Source of the DNA: Oceanispirochaeta sp.
GTDB taxonomy: Bacteria; Spirochaetota; Spirochaetia; DSM-2461
Direction of reading: 5' to 3'
Assembly (NCBI GenBank): GCA_963666275.2
Contig: CAXXOA010000002.1
Coordinates: 768,001 to 832,000 of the forward strand
DNA length: 64,000 nucleotides
The first letter of the stretch is position 1. Each line of letters opens with the position of its first letter. The position numbers and the translations under genes are program-made. Shown here one piece after another: positions 9,959-20,464 of the stretch. The notes under the pieces were generated by a model that did not search any database, was not told where the DNA came from, and worked only from the letters and a program-made list of their open reading frames with translations.

Positions 9959-10165
9959 ATTTCTGTATCCTCCATGGAATTGGAAGTGAGGCAACTATAG
10001 TGATTTCCCGGAATTGTGTATATCTGGAGAGGGACAAAAAGTCGTTTTTTTTTAAAGAAAAATCTATCAGAAAAACGGGGAGTCTTCCGGTTGAAGCGAA
10101 CAGATCCTCTGTTCTCTGCGGGCCGGTCATTGTTTCTGGCCCATCCAGAGGTCTGTGCAGCCGAA

Positions 10166-10864
10166 TCATCCCTCAAACAGTAATGAAACAACCTGCTGGA
10201 ACTCTTCCGGACAGGGCGCTTCCACGGTTATCTCTCCGCCGGTTTCGGGATGGGGAAAGCTGATTCGCCCGGCATGAAGAAGGAGCCTCCTGTTTCCGCA
10301 ATAGTCGGCGAGGATCGTATTATGCCTCAGATCTCCGTGGGCCGTATCGCCCCCGATCGGGTGGCCTATCCTGGCCAGGTGACGCCGCAGCTGATGGTAC
10401 CTTCCGGTGACAGGTTCTGCTTCCACCAGGGAGTACCGGGACGTGGGAAAGCGGTTGTTCCCTACAGGTATCTCTCCCTGTTTCAGGGGGACATACCGGC
10501 TGAGCGCCTCCTGTTCCTCCTTGTTCACTTTGGAGACTTTTCCCTGATAGTACTTCTGCAGAGGGACGGCGATTTCTCCGGGTTCGGAGATCCAGCCCCT
10601 GACAACGGCCTGGTAGTATTTGTGAATTTCTCCCTGCTGAAAGCTTTCACAGAGCTTGCGGGCGGTTTCGCTGTCGTTGGCACAGATGAGGGCTCCCGAG
10701 GCGGGACGGTCCAGCCTGTGTACCGGGGAGGGGGGATCCTCATACATTTCCCGCAGACGGTCCACCACTGAATCTTCATCTGAGGACAGGACTGTTTTAT
10801 GGATAATCAGCCCCGAGGGTTTGTTGATGACCGTAATCCACCGGTCTCTGAAAAGGATATCCAT
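10166..10864 (-). CDS. truC: RluA-family pseudouridine synthase, TruC-like
   Basis: INKPSGL, VHRLDRPASG (catalytic Asp), TGRYHQLRRHL..IGHPIGGD..HG. Confidence 0.75.
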   Translation of the reverse strand: MDILFRDRWITVINKPSGLIIHKTVLSSDEDSVVDRLREMYEDPPSPVHRLDRPASGALICANDSETARKLCESFQQGEIHKYYQAVVRGWISEPGEIAVPLQKYYQGKVSKVNKEEQEALSRYVPLKQGEIPVGNNRFPTSRYSLVEAEPVTGRYHQLRRHLARIGHPIGGDTAHGDLRHNTILADYCGNRRLLLHAGRISFPHPETGGEITVEAPCPEEFQQVVSLLFEG

Positions 10865-10866
10865 TC

Positions 10867-12021
10867 CTAGCACAGCTGCCGTTTTATGAATTCTTTGCGC
10901 TTTCTTTTCTCTTCATACATTTTATCGTCGGCTTCCTTTATTGCCATGGCATAATTGTCGTACCTTTCCGGTGAATATACGGCATAACCGCAGCTGCAGA
11001 CAATGGTATAGGGGGTAATTCCCTTACTGTTGAATCGGGAGAGTCTGTCTCTTATCCGCCCGATCACAAGCTCAGCGCTTTCCTCTCCTGCGCTGTCCAG
11101 TGCAATCAGGAATTCATCTCCCGCAAAGCGGGATACCTGATCTCTTGTCTTTACGGAATTCTTCAGGATATGGGAAAAATGGATCAGCGCCTGATCTCCC
11201 GCTTCATGGCCGAACCTGTCATTGATCTGCTTGAAATCATCCAGGTCTATCATAATCAGGGTAAAGGGAGCCCTGTTTTTTCCGGATGAAGCGGTTCTGA
11301 AAAGGAGCCACTCTTCTATCTGCTTTCTGTTGTTCAGTCCCGTAAGGGGATCACAGGTTAAGCTGCTGAGTTCCAGAAAGATATACACAGAGACAACGGC
11401 CAGAGCCACGCTGTTCCAGACAAGGAGGGTACTGCGGGTTGTTATCTGCAGGACCGCCCCGGTCAGGGGCAGGCCAGTAAACAGGATAACCGCCAGAAAA
11501 ATATCCCTGTCTATTTTCTGCCTGCTCCTGATGATGAGAAATACAGGGGCCAGAATGATAAAGAACAGATAGGATGTGAAACCGATGACTCCGGTGAAGT
11601 TGGATGTGTAAACATTCTCTGCGGTGATCCTGTAGATCCAGCCGGTAGAGAGGTTCACTGTCAGGAGAAGGACCCCCAGTAAGAGGAACAGGCTGTAATA
11701 CCCCAGTTTTCTCAGCCGTTCGGGAGATCGGAATATCTTAATATCTATATAAATGAGCCAGCTTATCGGGACAAGCAGATTGGAAAGATAAAAGATATAT
11801 TTAAAGATGATATGAAGACGGCGGTAACCTGCCTCCGGGGCGCTTTCAAAGTACCAGCTCAGAATTTCCAGTGAGAGCAGCAGTAATGTGGAAAGGCATA
11901 AACGGAGAAACCACTGATTGGACAGGGATAAATGCTGGCGGCGGTAAAACATATTCAGGCTCAATATGGCCAGTAAGGCTATAAAGAGATAATGGGCTGT
12001 GAAAACATACTGATGGTACAT
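10867..12021 (-). CDS. Multi-TM membrane diguanylate cyclase (AGDEF variant)
   Basis: About 7 TM segments then DPLTGLNNR, DLDDFKQINDRFGHEAGD, RFAGDEF. Confidence 0.88.
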   Translation of the reverse strand: MYHQYVFTAHYLFIALLAILSLNMFYRRQHLSLSNQWFLRLCLSTLLLLSLEILSWYFESAPEAGYRRLHIIFKYIFYLSNLLVPISWLIYIDIKIFRSPERLRKLGYYSLFLLLGVLLLTVNLSTGWIYRITAENVYTSNFTGVIGFTSYLFFIILAPVFLIIRSRQKIDRDIFLAVILFTGLPLTGAVLQITTRSTLLVWNSVALAVVSVYIFLELSSLTCDPLTGLNNRKQIEEWLLFRTASSGKNRAPFTLIMIDLDDFKQINDRFGHEAGDQALIHFSHILKNSVKTRDQVSRFAGDEFLIALDSAGEESAELVIGRIRDRLSRFNSKGITPYTIVCSCGYAVYSPERYDNYAMAIKEADDKMYEEKRKRKEFIKRQLC

Positions 12022-12135
12022 ATCGGTCTTTTTAATTTTTCTTCAATGTCATTTTTTAAAAATGGTTTATGTCATGAAGCTCATCATAGTTCAGGAACCT
12101 CCCGCCGTCAACAAACCATCCCGTTCTCCCGGAAA

Positions 12136-13521
12136 TCATTTTATCTCTATCGGCTCATTCTCTTCCGGGATTTCTGTTGTAAATCCCAGACTCCTGAGAT
12201 GATTTGAGAAATTCGTGATTGTTTTCTCTTCTCCGTGAACCAGAAATACCTTACGGGGTTTCGGGCTGAATTCCTGGAGCCAATCGGTCAGGCCGTTTTT
12301 ATCGGCATGGGCTGAAAAGCTTCCGATCCTCTGAATTTCAGCCTTCACTTCAAAGATCCTTCCCATCATCCGGATTTCACGGGCTCCGTCCAGAAGCACC
12401 CGCCCCAGACTCCCCGGGGCCTGATAGCCCACGAACAGAACGGTATTGTTCGGGTTGTCTATGCCGTGACGGATATGATGACGAATCCTGCCGGCCGTAC
12501 ACATGCCGCTCCCGGCTATGACTATCGCCGGATCATCGGATTTGCTTATCTCCCTGGAATCCTCTGTTTCGGGGGTGCATTTCAGATGCGGAAAAGAGAA
12601 AGGTTTATCCTTCCGGGCTCTCGCCTCAGCGTCATACAGCTCTGAGTGGTTTTTAAAAACTTCTGTTATCTTAATGGCCAGTGGGCTGTCCATATAGATG
12701 GGGACCGCGGGAAAATCGGGATTCTCCCTTTGAAGATCACTCAGTGTGTAGAGAAGTTCCTGGGTCCTTTCCAGAGCAAAGCTGGGAATAAATACCTTTC
12801 CTCCCCGTTTTATTGTTTTTACTATGACATCCAGCATCTGAGTGCCCCGGGGAAGCCGGGTATCATGGAGACGATCACCGTATGTGGATTCAATAAAAAT
12901 ATAGTCGGCCTGCTCTATGGGCGTGGGGTCTTCAATGATAGGGACATTTTTCTGGCCCAGATCTCCGGAGAAAACAATTTTTTTCTGGAAGGTATTTTCC
13001 GTAATAAAGAGCTCTACGATGGACGATCCGATCACATGACCTGCGTCCTGAAGAACAAATTCCAGGTTCTTTCCCGGAGAAAACGGACTCTTGTAGGGCA
13101 GGGGATACAGCAGGGGGCCTACTTTTTCCGCATCTTCCAGAGTATAGAGAGGATCCCTGGGCGGCAGCCCCTTGCGGACTCTCCGCTTGTTTTCATGTTC
13201 CGTATCCTTTTCCTGTATGAACGCCGCATCCGAGAGCATGATCGGAACCAGTTCCGCTGTGGCGGGACTGGCGTAGATCCTTCCTGAAAACCCCTGCTTC
13301 ACCAGTTTGGGGAGGAGGCCGCAGTGATCTATGTGGCCATGGGTGAGGATCATGAAATCCAGAGTTTTCGGATCAAAATCAAAGGGCGTGTAATTTTTCC
13401 GGGCCAGTTCTTTCCCGCCCTGGAACATACCGCAGTCAATCAGAAAGTGAAAATCCTCCGTTTCGATCCTGTGGCAGGAGCCAGTGACTACCTGCGCTGC
13501 TCCATGACTGGTTATGTGCAT
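12136..13521 (-). CDS. MBL-fold beta-CASP ribonuclease
   Basis: VTGSCH, THGHIDH, AGHVIGS, FSGDLG, ESTYG, GSGMCTAGRI, FSAHAD. Confidence 0.9.
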   Translation of the reverse strand: MHITSHGAAQVVTGSCHRIETEDFHFLIDCGMFQGGKELARKNYTPFDFDPKTLDFMILTHGHIDHCGLLPKLVKQGFSGRIYASPATAELVPIMLSDAAFIQEKDTEHENKRRVRKGLPPRDPLYTLEDAEKVGPLLYPLPYKSPFSPGKNLEFVLQDAGHVIGSSIVELFITENTFQKKIVFSGDLGQKNVPIIEDPTPIEQADYIFIESTYGDRLHDTRLPRGTQMLDVIVKTIKRGGKVFIPSFALERTQELLYTLSDLQRENPDFPAVPIYMDSPLAIKITEVFKNHSELYDAEARARKDKPFSFPHLKCTPETEDSREISKSDDPAIVIAGSGMCTAGRIRHHIRHGIDNPNNTVLFVGYQAPGSLGRVLLDGAREIRMMGRIFEVKAEIQRIGSFSAHADKNGLTDWLQEFSPKPRKVFLVHGEEKTITNFSNHLRSLGFTTEIPEENEPIEIK

Positions 13522-13730
13522 ACAATATCCTCCCGTCAGGACAAAGTATATTCCCTATCCCAGGGGGTTACCAACAATTCTTTTCCTTTGGTTTCTTCTG
13601 TTTTTCCGCTGGAATATACCTGCTTCAGAGCTGATGCTGTTACCGTAACAGAGGGCAGCACTATTTTTTTTCTGAAAAAAAAATGTTCTTATATAATAAT
13701 TTACTTCACAACAGTGTTTAGGAGCTGAAT

Positions 13731-15598
13731 ATGAAATTGCGTACCCGAATGACCCTTTTACTGATCCTTCCCGTTGTTATGGGACTTGCCCTTATGGGCT
13801 CTGTCATTGGTATTTTCGTTGCCCGGTCCAATCAGGCCAACTTTCTCGGTATGGCCGAGTTAACCGCAAAAGCCCGGGCGGCAGAGGTCGAACGATGGAT
13901 TCAGGGGCGGCTTCTTGAAATAGAGAGAACCGTTTCCGATCCCGCTGTCAGGAGCGGAGATATTGATCTTATGGGAGAGTATCTGTTGCAAAGGCATGAC
14001 AATCTGCCTTCTGATGTTGCTTTTGAATTCTGTGCCGACCTGAACGGTGACTATATAACATCTGCCGGGGGAAGCGGCAATATTTCCGCCAGATCCTATT
14101 TTCAGGAGATCCTTGCCGGCGCTGATGTTGCCGTTTCGGAAGGACTTGTCTCAAAATCCACAGGATTGAATATGACCTACATTGCTGTTCCCATCAAAGA
14201 CGATAAGGGAGAGCTTATAGGAGTGGGTGCCTCTGCAGTGAGTCTGGAAACGCTTTCAGAAATTGTCAGCATATCCATTTCGGAGACAGCTATGGTGCTA
14301 TTATGGATAGCCATATGATCCTCATCGCTCACCCGGATACACAGTACCTTATGACTCTGGACCTGTCTGATCCCGATGCCGTCGGATTCCATGGACTCGG
14401 ACCGGGGATCGAGAAGATCAGAGAAGGGGAAGCAGGATTTCAGAAGTACACGGATCAGAACGGCGTGGAAAAGTTCATGGTATTTTCCCCTGTAAAGAAT
14501 ACAGGAGGATGGACCATGATGATGGTTATCCCTTCGGCTCAGATCAATGAATCCGCCGCCCGGGTGATCTTTCTCATTCTCACCATATCCCTGACTCTGC
14601 TGGTCCTTCTCACGGTGATAATTCTCTATTCCATCACAAAAATCGTGGGGCCTGTAAAACTGATCTCGGACCTGTCATTGCTCCTTTCAAAAGGGAGGAT
14701 TGAGCTTGACGATACAAGTCAGGAGAGCCTTGAAAAGGCATCCTTATACAGGGATGAAATCGGAGATGCCGCCCGGGGGATCCGTTCCCTGGTCGATGCT
14801 TTAAACCGGATTGCCCGCTCCATCAGTGCTTCCACAATGGAAGTGGAAAACAGTTCAAAAAGTGTCAATCAATCCAGTCAGGCTCTTGCCCAGGGTGCTT
14901 CTGAGCAGGCGGCCAGTGCGGAAGAGGTTTCGGCAACTATTGAGGAGATCAGCTCTTCCATCAAGCAGAGTGCGGAGAATGCTTCGGTAACGGAAAAAAT
15001 TGCCCTGAGCGCCAGAGAGTACGCCAGGGACGGTTCGGAATCCGTACTCAGTTCTGTCGAAGCTATGAAAGAAGTGGCTTCAAAAATAGGGGTCATTGAG
15101 GAAATCGCCAGACAGACGAATCTTCTGGCCTTAAATGCCGCCATCGAAGCGGCCCGGGCCGGAGAAGCGGGAAAAGGATTTGCCGTGGTTGCCAGCGAAG
15201 TCCGCAAGCTGGCGGAAAACAGTCAGAAAGCGGCTGCGGAAATTGTAACGATCTCTGCCCGGAGTGTAAGCACAGCAGATGATGCGGGACAGAAAATCTC
15301 AAGTGTACTGCCGGATATTGAAAAAACCTCCGAGCTGGTGCAGGAGATCAGCTCCGCATCAAAAGAGCAGAGTTCCGGAATCGAACAGATCACCGCTGCC
15401 ATTGATCAGCTGGACCGGGTTATTCAGGGGAATGCCAGTTCCAGCGAGGAACTGGCTTCCATGGCAGAGGAGCTTTCCGGTCAGGCCCGGATTCTGAGGG
15501 AAGCGGTTTCCTTTTTTAAACTCAGTGATAGGCAGAGCAGCGGAATCACCAGAGAACTGGAAGCGCTCTCATCAGATGACGGGGAAGGTTCCCTGTAG
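13731..15598 (+). pseudogene. Methyl-accepting chemotaxis protein (dCache-HAMP-MA) split by a 1-nt frameshift near 14270
   Basis: ORF 13731-14318 (TM1 + first part of Cache) and -1 frame ORF ending 15598 (rest of Cache, TM2, [21 protein letters not shown]) join into about 622 aa; could be a sequencing error. Confidence 0.75.
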
Positions 15599-15674
15599 CC
15601 CCGGGATTCCCCCCCCCTCCGGGGGGAGCTTTCCCGGATTTACTACCAGTGAGAATCCATCCTATTATGGGGGA

Positions 15675-16958
15675 ATGAAAAAAATGCGTTTTATCCTCCC
15701 TGTTTTTCTCCTGGTTCTGCTGCTCCTCTCCTTTTCTGGTATAGGCCGGAACGGGGCACAGGCAGAAAGCGGAAATTCAGATATTTGGATCATTACGGAT
15801 ATCCATTATCTTTCTGACAAACTTCGGGATCAGGGCCCTGTTTTTACAGGGTTCATCCAGTCGGGAGATGGAAAGAATATCCTCCGGATAGATGCCATAC
15901 TCTCGGGTTTTTACGCATCCGTGGAAAAGAACAGGCCCGCTGCTCTCCTTGTCACAGGAGACCTGACCTTTAACGGCGAGAAACAGAGCCACAGAGACCT
16001 GGCTAAATGGTTTCGTAAAATCGAGTCCCTGGGAACCCGGGTCTATGTGATCCCCGGAAACCATGACATCAACAATCCCTGGGCAAGGAAGATCACAGAG
16101 GACGAGATCCAGCAGGTTCCCGGAGTTTCTCCGGAAGAGTTCGCCCGTATCTACAGAAACTTCGGATATAAAAATGCCCTCTCCTATGATCCGGCTTCCC
16201 TGAGCTATCTGATAGAACCGGTCCCTGGTTTTCTTGTTTTTATGCTCGATTCCTGCCGGTATGACAGAAATCTGGCCTACGGTGTTCCCGTCGGCAGCGG
16301 AGCGATCTCCTCTGAAACCAGGGAGTGGATAACTGAAAGAGTCAGAGATCCGGAACTGCAGGGGAAAAACGCAGCGGTTGCCATGCATCACACCCTTCTG
16401 GAGCATAACCCCATGGTGAGTGACGGGTTTACTGTGAACGACAGTGAAAATTTGCAGGATTTTTTCTCCACCCTGGGGCTCAGGACCTTTCTGAGCGGAC
16501 ATATTCATATTCAGGATATCATTCACAGGGAGAGGGCTGACGGGAGAATTCTGGATATTACAACCAATGCCCTGTCTGTGTATCCCCATAACTACGGGGT
16601 TCTATCTCTGTCCCGGAAAAATCCCGAGTATACCGCTGTCAGCCTGTCTGATTCGCCGGAGCACATAGAGCAGGATGTCCTGCCCTCTCTCAGGTCCTTT
16701 TTCATTCAGAGTTCCGATCAGATGGTCCGGAAAACTCTGGATGCCGGGCTCTATTCAGCTGATGAAATAGACAGGATGTCAGAATTTCTCTCCCTGGCAA
16801 ATCTCAATTTTTTTGCAGGACGCGAGGATCCCCACAGGATAAATCCCGAAACCCTGGAACTTTTCAGAAGAGACGGCAGTTCATTCCTGAGGGGGTACCT
16901 GGAAAGTATTCTCAGGGATCTTCCTCCGGGGGATCAATCGGAACCTCTGGAGTTGTAA
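15675..16958 (+). CDS. Exported calcineurin-like metallophosphoesterase
   Basis: Signal peptide; TDIH, TGDLT, PGNHD, MHH, SGHIH motifs. Confidence 0.85.
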   Translation: MKKMRFILPVFLLVLLLLSFSGIGRNGAQAESGNSDIWIITDIHYLSDKLRDQGPVFTGFIQSGDGKNILRIDAILSGFYASVEKNRPAALLVTGDLTFNGEKQSHRDLAKWFRKIESLGTRVYVIPGNHDINNPWARKITEDEIQQVPGVSPEEFARIYRNFGYKNALSYDPASLSYLIEPVPGFLVFMLDSCRYDRNLAYGVPVGSGAISSETREWITERVRDPELQGKNAAVAMHHTLLEHNPMVSDGFTVNDSENLQDFFSTLGLRTFLSGHIHIQDIIHRERADGRILDITTNALSVYPHNYGVLSLSRKNPEYTAVSLSDSPEHIEQDVLPSLRSFFIQSSDQMVRKTLDAGLYSADEIDRMSEFLSLANLNFFAGREDPHRINPETLELFRRDGSSFLRGYLESILRDLPPGDQSEPLEL

Positions 16959-16989
16959 AGGGGGAACCTTCAGTCTTACGGGAAAGCTG

Positions 16990-18018
16990 CTATATCTGAA
17001 CTTTATTCAGACCTGTACAAGACCCTCCGGACCGCAGTTCATGGGGGAGTACCCTGCTTAAACCGGAGGAGCCTGAAAAATCAGTTTCTCTGGAATCAAT
17101 GAAATCCAGAAGGGTTTCGATGGTCATAGAAGCTATCCTGTCCAGGGGCTGACTTATCGTAGCCAGGTCCGGTTCGATAAAACCTCCCAGATCAATGCCG
17201 TCATAGCCCATCACATCAATCTCCCGGCCGACTTTCCGCCCTGAATCCGCAATGGCTCTGTAGCCTCCCACAGCCATTTCATCACTCACATAGAATGCTG
17301 CCGTGATTTCAGGACTCCCGGTGAGGAGTTTTTCTGTCACATCCTTTCCCGATTGGAAGGAAAATGATCCGGGCAGAACATAATCAGAGTTGAAAGTCAG
17401 TCCTGCTGCCTCCAGGGCTCTCCTGTAGCCCTGAATCTGAGGATCCGAGCCGGCATCATTGATGGCATCTCCGCAGATGAATCCGATTTTTTCATGACCC
17501 AGGGATATCAGATGGGAAATTCCGTCATAAACCGCCTGTTCCGCATCTATGTGATAGGACGGCCATTTCAGTTCGGGGATATGTATGGCACATTGGACAA
17601 CCGGAGTTGTACTGGCATTGAGATAGGAGTTGATCCTGTCCGAATAGGATTCATGACAGAGGATCAGACCATCCACTTCTTTCTGTTTCAGAAGATTCAG
17701 GTAACTGATTTCCGATGTATCGTCATCTTTGATATGGCAGACAATAACCTTGTAGCCTTCCTTTTCCAGGATCGATTCAAGGATGTAGAAAAGTTTCTGA
17801 TGAAAACTGACAGAGACTTTCGGTAAAATCAGACCGATCAGATTTGTTTTCTGAAGGACCATGCTCCTGGCCATCTGATTGGGGACATAGCTCTCCTGCT
17901 CAATTGCCTTCCGCACTTTTTCCTCGAGTTCGGGGCTCACAGGTTTTGTTCCATTCAGGACGCGGGAAACTGTGGAAATCGAAACACCGGCTATCCGGGC
18001 TATGTCTTTTATACCCAT
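16990..18018 (-). CDS. LacI-family transcriptional regulator
   Basis: IKDIARIAGVSISTVSRVLN, YVPN..ARS hinge. Confidence 0.93.
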   Translation of the reverse strand: MGIKDIARIAGVSISTVSRVLNGTKPVSPELEEKVRKAIEQESYVPNQMARSMVLQKTNLIGLILPKVSVSFHQKLFYILESILEKEGYKVIVCHIKDDDTSEISYLNLLKQKEVDGLILCHESYSDRINSYLNASTTPVVQCAIHIPELKWPSYHIDAEQAVYDGISHLISLGHEKIGFICGDAINDAGSDPQIQGYRRALEAAGLTFNSDYVLPGSFSFQSGKDVTEKLLTGSPEITAAFYVSDEMAVGGYRAIADSGRKVGREIDVMGYDGIDLGGFIEPDLATISQPLDRIASMTIETLLDFIDSRETDFSGSSGLSRVLPHELRSGGSCTGLNKVQI

Positions 18019-18071
18019 ATCTGCATTCTAAAGTATCTTCCCCGGGTTATTCAATAAAAAATCAATCTTTT

Positions 18072-18115
18072 AGGAAAAGGTTTTCCTTGACGGGAAAACC
18101 TTTTCCCGCTAGAGT
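18072..18115 (+). promoter_or_regulatory. Sigma70 promoter (TTGACG-N17-TAGAGT) with two LacI-type operators
   Basis: GGAAAAGGTTTTCC immediately before -35 and GGAAAACCTTTTCC in the spacer; -35 at 18087-18092, -10 at 18110-18115. Confidence 0.75.
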
Positions 18116-18143
18116 GGAATTAAACTCAAAGAAAGGAGCTAAT

Positions 18144-19430
18144 ATGAAAAAAATCATTGGTCTCTCTCTGGCTCTGCTGCTTCTTCCCTGTTTCATAATG
18201 GCAGGCGGAAATCAGGAGATGGAAAAATCAGGAGATGAAACAGTTACTCTCGTTGTCTGGGATCAGTTCTACAGAGGTGCGGAAAATTCCATAATGGAAC
18301 AGATTATTGAAGAGTTTGAAGCACAGCATCCCGGAGTGGTTATTCAAAGGGAAGCAAAAACCCTTGATGATCTGAAACTTGTCCTCCAGATGAATGTACA
18401 GTCGGGAACCGGTCCTGATATTATGCAGCTGAATCAGGGTGAAGCGGATATGGGCTCCTTTGTCAAATCAGACCTTCTGGCGAATCTGACTGACGTGGCT
18501 GTGGCCAAAGGCTGGGAAGATCGGCTTACCAAAGCGAATCTGACTTCCATGGGTTACGGCGGAGAGTACTACGGCGTTTCCGTCACAGGTGAAGTTGTGG
18601 GGTTCTTCTATAACAAAGAGCTTTTCAAAGAGCTGAATCTTTCTATACCGGCAACATTCGAAGAGTTGGAAGCCCTTCTGGCAAAAGTAAAATCCGCCGG
18701 TTATGTTCCCATCAATTTCGGAAACCTCGACGGATGGACAGGTATTCATGAATGGTCTTCCATCCAGCATGTCATGACAACCCGATCTGAGCTGGATCAG
18801 ATGATGAGCGGTAAATCCGGCTCCTTCTGGACCGTTGATGCCAATAAGAAATCTGCAGCCAAACTTCAGGAGTGGGTGAACAAAGGGTATTTCACCAAGG
18901 ACTTTTCCGCTATCGGCTACGATGATTCGGCCAATGTGTTCTATCAGGGAAAATCCGCCCTCATGCTGACAGGAAACTGGCTCCAGGGAGAGATTGATAA
19001 CAATGCCCCCTTCGAAGCAGGTTTCTTCCTTCTTCCGGCTCCCTCTTCAATACCGGGAAACCTGAAAGCTGTCGGAGGTCCGGGGATCCCCTTTGTTATC
19101 AATAAAGATACGGATAACCTCGATCTGGCTGTTGAATTCCTTGATCTTCTGACACAGGAAAAAACAGCTGTACTCTGGGCTGAAAATGCCATGCTTCCCG
19201 CACTCCCCATCTCTGAAAAGGCTGTCCCTGGTGCCACAGATCTGTTCCGTGACATCCTGAACAGCTATGAGAAAGTCAACAGCAATAACGGTATCGGGTA
19301 TTTCATCGACTGGATCACTCCGTCTTTCTATGACACAAGTTCGTCTGCAGTACAGACTCTCATGTCCGGAGATTCCACTCCGGAAGAGTTTGTTAAGGCC
19401 CTTCAGGAAGACTACAACAGCTATCACTGA
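18144..19430 (+). CDS. Sugar ABC transporter substrate-binding protein (CUT1)
   Basis: AAGGAG RBS, signal peptide, FEAQHPGV, GPDI, FFYNKELF..L..P.TFEEL. Confidence 0.88.
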   Translation: MKKIIGLSLALLLLPCFIMAGGNQEMEKSGDETVTLVVWDQFYRGAENSIMEQIIEEFEAQHPGVVIQREAKTLDDLKLVLQMNVQSGTGPDIMQLNQGEADMGSFVKSDLLANLTDVAVAKGWEDRLTKANLTSMGYGGEYYGVSVTGEVVGFFYNKELFKELNLSIPATFEELEALLAKVKSAGYVPINFGNLDGWTGIHEWSSIQHVMTTRSELDQMMSGKSGSFWTVDANKKSAAKLQEWVNKGYFTKDFSAIGYDDSANVFYQGKSALMLTGNWLQGEIDNNAPFEAGFFLLPAPSSIPGNLKAVGGPGIPFVINKDTDNLDLAVEFLDLLTQEKTAVLWAENAMLPALPISEKAVPGATDLFRDILNSYEKVNSNNGIGYFIDWITPSFYDTSSSAVQTLMSGDSTPEEFVKALQEDYNSYH

Positions 19431-19524
19431 TTCTCACAATAAAACACAGGGGGGCTGAAATCCGGTCCTCCTGACAATCATAAGCCTTTTTTGAATCTGA
19501 ACAGACAGGGCGGAGTAAAAATAC

Positions 19525-20436
19525 ATGAAGAAAATTCTAATCATCGGACCGGTCTTTTGCGATCTCCTGCTGGATGGGTTTCAAAGGGTTCCCTCTCCGG
19601 GAGAAGAAGAGTATCTCAACAATATCGGGACATCCATTGGCGGTGTCGCGATTACGGCTATGGCTCTGAATCAGCTGGGTATACCTACAGAGCTGGTTAC
19701 ATCACTGGGAGATGATCTTTTCGGCAGATATATACTGGAAGATCTCAGATCAAAAGAAATCGGTACAAATTATATTACAGTTGAGAAGGGTAACAGGAGT
19801 AATCTCACTGTTATTTTTCCATTTGAAAAGGATCGGTCTTTTCTGACTCAGATGATGGACCAGGACTGTAGGACCAGGACTATTTTAGAGGGGCTCCACA
19901 GAATCAATCTTGATGAGTTTTCCCACATACATATTACCTTTCCCCTTTTAAAAGAGAAAGAATACAAAGAACTTGTTTCCAGGGCTTCGGATAAAGGTCT
20001 CTCTATTTCTGCAGATCTCGGTTTTGATGATGCTAAAGCCTGGGATGATTCGGACTATATGCTGCTGAAAATCCTTGATTACTTTCTGCCCAATGATAAG
20101 GAAACTTTCCTTATTACGGGAGAGAAAGATGTCGAGAAAGCAATCCGCATCTTAACACAGTGGGTAAAGACACCCCTTGTAACACTGGGGCGGAACGGTG
20201 TCCTCCTTATTAATGAAAATGACGAAATCTGCCGGATTCCGGCTATAGATATTCCGGTTATCAATACTACCGGAGCAGGAGATTCCTTTACTGCCGGATT
20301 CCTTTACGGAAGACTGAATAAGGAGCCCCTCGAAACATCCGCTTTAAAGGGAGTCATTTGCGGTTCTCTGACTGCCGGGGCGCATGAATCCGTATCGGGT
20401 CAGATCAGTTTAAAGGAAATCAGAGAATATATTTAG
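19525..20436 (+). CDS. PfkB-family carbohydrate kinase
   Basis: GGVAI..A, LGDDLFG, PNDKE, NTTGAGDSF. Confidence 0.9.
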   Translation: MKKILIIGPVFCDLLLDGFQRVPSPGEEEYLNNIGTSIGGVAITAMALNQLGIPTELVTSLGDDLFGRYILEDLRSKEIGTNYITVEKGNRSNLTVIFPFEKDRSFLTQMMDQDCRTRTILEGLHRINLDEFSHIHITFPLLKEKEYKELVSRASDKGLSISADLGFDDAKAWDDSDYMLLKILDYFLPNDKETFLITGEKDVEKAIRILTQWVKTPLVTLGRNGVLLINENDEICRIPAIDIPVINTTGAGDSFTAGFLYGRLNKEPLETSALKGVICGSLTAGAHESVSGQISLKEIREYI

Positions 20437-20464
20437 AAAAAAACCTTGTTCAAGGAGTCAGAGA

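Noticed and set aside
15100..15220. Sequence similarity to 61420-61550
   Set aside because: Conserved MCP signalling hairpin in two paralogues, not a mobile repeat.
15599..15640. C-run/G-run hairpin after the MCP gene as a phase-variable tract
   Set aside because: Intergenic and self-complementary; better explained as a terminator-like hairpin.
17844..18143. Long N-terminal extensions in the ORF track (also 6113, 15525, 41749, 50789, 57827, 57916)
   Set aside because: Downstream ATGs fit RBS, signal peptide or domain boundaries better; several extensions overlap neighbouring genes or promoters.
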